64,000 nt of DNA, from contig CAUYUJ010000002.1 of NCBI GenBank assembly GCA_963575745.1, forward strand, positions 248,001-312,000. Direction: 5' to 3'. The translations under genes and the position numbers were made by a program. The notes beneath the pieces are model-generated. The model worked only from the letters and a program-made list of their open reading frames with translations. It had not been told where the DNA came from and searched no databases. The DNA is from Prorocentrum cordatum (Eukaryota). Within the stretch, counting starts at the first letter, position 1; every line of letters begins with the position of its first letter. Below, piece by piece: positions 61,794 through 64,000 of the stretch.

Positions 61794-64000
61794 ATGGGTT
61801 GCTCGGGGGGCTTTCAGCCTCCGTGCTTCACTGGATCGCACTACCGTGCGCAGGCAAGAGTGTGTGCACTCTGGCAGTCGGGCGGCCTCCTTCCAAACTC
61901 ACGCGCGCCATGGCGGGGAGCGGCGGCGTGGGTGCTGGGCGTGGGGGAGGCGGCCGCGCGGCGTGGCCTGCGAAGTGGAAGTGCTCGGTGTGCGACTACT
62001 ACAACTTCGCCGAGAGGGCGTGCTGTCGCAAGGGGTGCCAAGCTGCGGGGTGGCCAGCGCCGCGGCAGCTGGGCGCCTTTCCTCCGCTGCGGGGGTGGCC
62101 TGCAGGCGGCGGCGGTGGTGGTGCTCCTGGCGGCGCTGGCGGCGGGCGCGGCGGGCGTGGGGCAGGCGGCGGCAAGCCTCCCACACGTGCCCCGTGGTGG
62201 CGAGGCGGAGAAGGTGGCGGCCGTGACGCTGGTGGCGCCGTGGAGCTCAGCGAGGAGCAGCGCAGTGGCTTCGTGTGCATGGCAGAGGCCGACTTCGCCC
62301 TCACCGCCGCGCTCCTGGCCCCGAAGGTCCGCGAGCAGCTTCTGCAGGCACGGAGGCTGCGTGAGGGCGGACTGGGGGCCGAGCTGTCCAAGGACAAGAC
62401 GGTCAAGGCGGCCCAGGTGCAGGCGGACGCCAAGGTCTTGCAGGTCAAGAAGTTGGAGGGCCAGCTGGAGCAGGCAAAGGCCAAGGCGGTGGCGGCCATC
62501 AACGAGTCGGCCAGCCTCGCGGACAAGTTGGTGCTGCTGCGGAAGGAGTGCGACGAGGCGGCGGCCAAGGCACGCGAGGCGCTGGCGGCTCAGCGCACCA
62601 GGGTGGCGGCCGAGGAGGCTGAGGCGGCGGCAGCAGCCGCCGAGCCGAGAGCAGCACCAGCAGCCTCCCTGGAGTCGATACAGGAGGCGATCGGCGGCTT
62701 GTCGAGGGACGAGATCGCGAAGCCCGGGAAGGTGCTTGCGGAGCTCAGCGGCATACCAGGCGCCGCCGCCGCAGCGTGGGCGCCTCCCCGTGCGCCTGTG
62801 GCAGCGGCGGTCCCTGTGCCCTCGGCGGTGCCAGCAGCAGCGCAGCAGGTGGACGCTCCCAAGGAGGAGGGGCCTGGCGTGTCGCAGGCGGCGCAGCAAG
62901 CGTGGCAGGACATCACGTGCGGGATTGAGGACCCCGCCAAGAGGGAAGCAGCGGAGCAGTTGCTGGGCGACGCCAAGAAGATGCGGACGGAGGTCAAGCA
63001 GATGGAGGAGGAGTCCTAGCAAGAAGTGTGGGGTCTGGAGGATCTGCACGGTCAACGTCAATGCGTTCAGCAACCTGGGAAAGTGCATGGCGGTGAGTGA
63101 GGTGCAGGACTGCGACGCCATACTAGTCCAGGAGACGAGGCTCCTGGAGGGAAGGAGCAGTGATGCGGAGGCGCAGCTCCGCAGCCAAGGGTGGCGGGCG
63201 AGAGGCACGCCTGCAGTGCCGTCAGCGGCAGGAGGCCTCAGCACAGGAGGCCTCCTCACCATGGTGAGGAGGAGCCATGGCATGGCGGAGGTGCAGGACC
63301 AGCAGGCAGCGGTGCTGGTGGCAGGGCGAGTGCACCTGTGTTGGGTGTCAGGCGTGCTGAGCAGCGGCTTCTTGCTCGCCAACCTCTACCTGGAGGCGGG
63401 GGTCGGCCTCAACGATGGCAACGTGGCCAGCCTCAGGAGGCTGGCAAGGAGGTTGAGGCAGTGCCGCAGGGACTTCGTGGTGGGCGGCGATTGGAACCTC
63501 ACGGAGGAAGAGTTGCAGGCAGGCGGGGTGCCCGACATGTTCGACGGCAAGGTGGTCAGGCCCGCCTCGCCCACGTGTGCAGCGTCGGGGAGGACCATCG
63601 ACTTCTTCCTGGTGTCCAGGGGGCTGGCTGCGCTGGGTGTGCGGGTGGTGGAGGCCTCGCCAGTGTACCCGCACTCGGCGGTGATCCTCGAGATCCGCAG
63701 GCAGCAAGAGGAGGAGCGCTTCAGGCTGGTCCAGAAGCCGCGGACCTTTCCTGAGGTTCGGCCGCAAGGGTGTTGTGAGAGAGACCACGGCAGCAGCTGG
63801 AGGCAAGCCAGGATGAGGGTGCAGGAGCAGCTCGCGTCGGTGCTGAGGTTCGAGGGTGAGGCCGCAGCGAGGAGCACCCCACGTGCTGAGGAGGAGGCCC
63901 CTCAGCCCAGCAGCAGTGGTGGCGCAGCAGGTCAGCGCACAGCTAGAGCTGGCCAGGAGATTCCCAGGCCAGTGAGGGGCAAGGGAGCTGAAGGGGTGTC
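61794..64000 (+). CDS. LINE ORF2 (pol), open to the window end; apurinic/apyrimidinic-like (EEP) endonuclease domain at ~63036-63700
   Basis: Manual translation gives the APE motifs in order: WRICTVNVN, AILVQETR, LANLYL, FVVGGDWN, RTIDFFLVS, YPHSAVILEI. I found no in-frame stop between ATG 61794 and 64000, which explains its absence from the ORF track. The endonuclease call is strong; use of 61794 as the start is inference. Confidence 0.85.
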   Translation, partial: MGCSGGFQPPCFTGSHYRAQARVCALWQSGGLLPNSRAPWRGAAAWVLGVGEAAARRGLRSGSARCATTTTSPRGRAVARGAKLRGGQRRGSWAPFLRCGGGLQAAAVVVLLAALAAGAAGVGQAAASLPHVPRGGEAEKVAAVTLVAPWSSARSSAVASCAWQRPTSPSPPRSWPRRSASSFCRHGGCVRADWGPSCPRTRRSRRPRCRRTPRSCRSRSWRASWSRQRPRRWRPSTSRPASRTSWCCCGRSATRRRPRHARRWRLSAPGWRPRRLRRRQQPPSREQHQQPPWSRYRRRSAACRGTRSRSPGRCLRSSAAYQAPPPQRGRLPVRLWQRRSLCPRRCQQQRSRWTLPRRRGLACRRRRSKRGRTSRAGLRTPPRGKQRSSCWATPRRCGRRSSRWRRSPSKKCGVWRICTVNVNAFSNLGKCMAVSEVQDCDAILVQETRLLEGRSSDAEAQLRSQGWRARGTPAVPSAAGGLSTGGLLTMVRRSHGMAEVQDQQAAVLVAGRVHLCWVSGVLSSGFLLANLYLEAGVGLNDGNVASLRRLARRLRQCRRDFVVGGDWNLTEEELQAGGVPDMFDGKVVRPASPTCAASGRTIDFFLVSRGLAALGVRVVEASPVYPHSAVILEIRRQQEEERFRLVQKPRTFPEVRPQGCCERDHGSSWRQARMRVQEQLASVLRFEGEAAARSTPRAEEEAPQPSSSGGAAGQRTARAGQEIPRPVRGKGAEGV
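61910..63019 (+). CDS. LINE ORF1-like protein (369 aa): RanBP2-type zinc finger, Gly/RGG-rich region, coiled coil
   Basis: Starts at GCCATGG. WKCSVCDYYNFAERACCRKGC (61976-62038) fits W-x-C-x2-C-x3-N-x6-C-x2/3-C. GGRGGRG follows, then an Ala/Glu/Lys helical region (VKKLEGQLEQAKAKAVAA...). Stop TAG is at 63017-63019. The ORF-track start at 61616 lies in upstream microsatellite flank. Confidence 0.85.
   Translation: MAGSGGVGAGRGGGGRAAWPAKWKCSVCDYYNFAERACCRKGCQAAGWPAPRQLGAFPPLRGWPAGGGGGGAPGGAGGGRGGRGAGGGKPPTRAPWWRGGEGGGRDAGGAVELSEEQRSGFVCMAEADFALTAALLAPKVREQLLQARRLREGGLGAELSKDKTVKAAQVQADAKVLQVKKLEGQLEQAKAKAVAAINESASLADKLVLLRKECDEAAAKAREALAAQRTRVAAEEAEAAAAAAEPRAAPAASLESIQEAIGGLSRDEIAKPGKVLAELSGIPGAAAAAWAPPRAPVAAAVPVPSAVPAAAQQVDAPKEEGPGVSQAAQQAWQDITCGIEDPAKREAAEQLLGDAKKMRTEVKQMEEES

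Larger units (their letters stand above)
61772..64000 (+). mobile_element. 5' part of an apparently intact non-LTR (LINE) retrotransposon, continuing beyond the window
   Basis: The SL at the 5' end is followed by ORF1 (zinc finger/coiled coil) and an uninterrupted APE endonuclease frame. It abuts a (CCT)n tract upstream. Confidence 0.92.

Noticed and set aside
61772..61830. SL RNA gene
   Set aside because: The SL is followed by ATG and an ORF, not a GT donor or SL intron.
61841..63382. 513-aa antisense ORF over LINE ORF1/ORF2
   Set aside because: It has no recognisable motifs, and open antisense frames are common in GC3-rich coding DNA.

Overview
Repeat-saturated, GC-rich eukaryotic DNA, inferred to be a dinoflagellate nuclear genome (Prorocentrum-like) because it has a perfect 22-nt dinoflagellate spliced leader and apparent GC-donor introns. 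Most ORF-track entries are artefacts of microsatellites ((GAG/CCT)n, (GAT)n, (GAC/CGT)n, (TG)n) and degenerate satellites. The standout is the 5' end of an apparently intact non-LTR (LINE) retrotransposon at 61772-64000+. It begins exactly with the spliced leader, directly after a (CCT)n tract. The ATG immediately after the leader (61794) opens a frame with no stop to the window end. That frame overlaps all of ORF1 (61910-63019; RanBP2-type zinc finger, RGG, coiled coil) in another frame and then encodes the APE endonuclease. The window also has several decayed LINE remnants (RT region, CCHC finger, RNase H) and a manually inferred chain of small + strand exons encoding an Ig-like (possibly Nup210-like) segment. 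Other features are an alveolin-like fragment, a dispersed 83-bp-unit modular repeat, a ~95-bp satellite, hairpin-ended repeat blocks and two 121-bp inverted-repeat elements. All calls are from manual reading; no searches were run.
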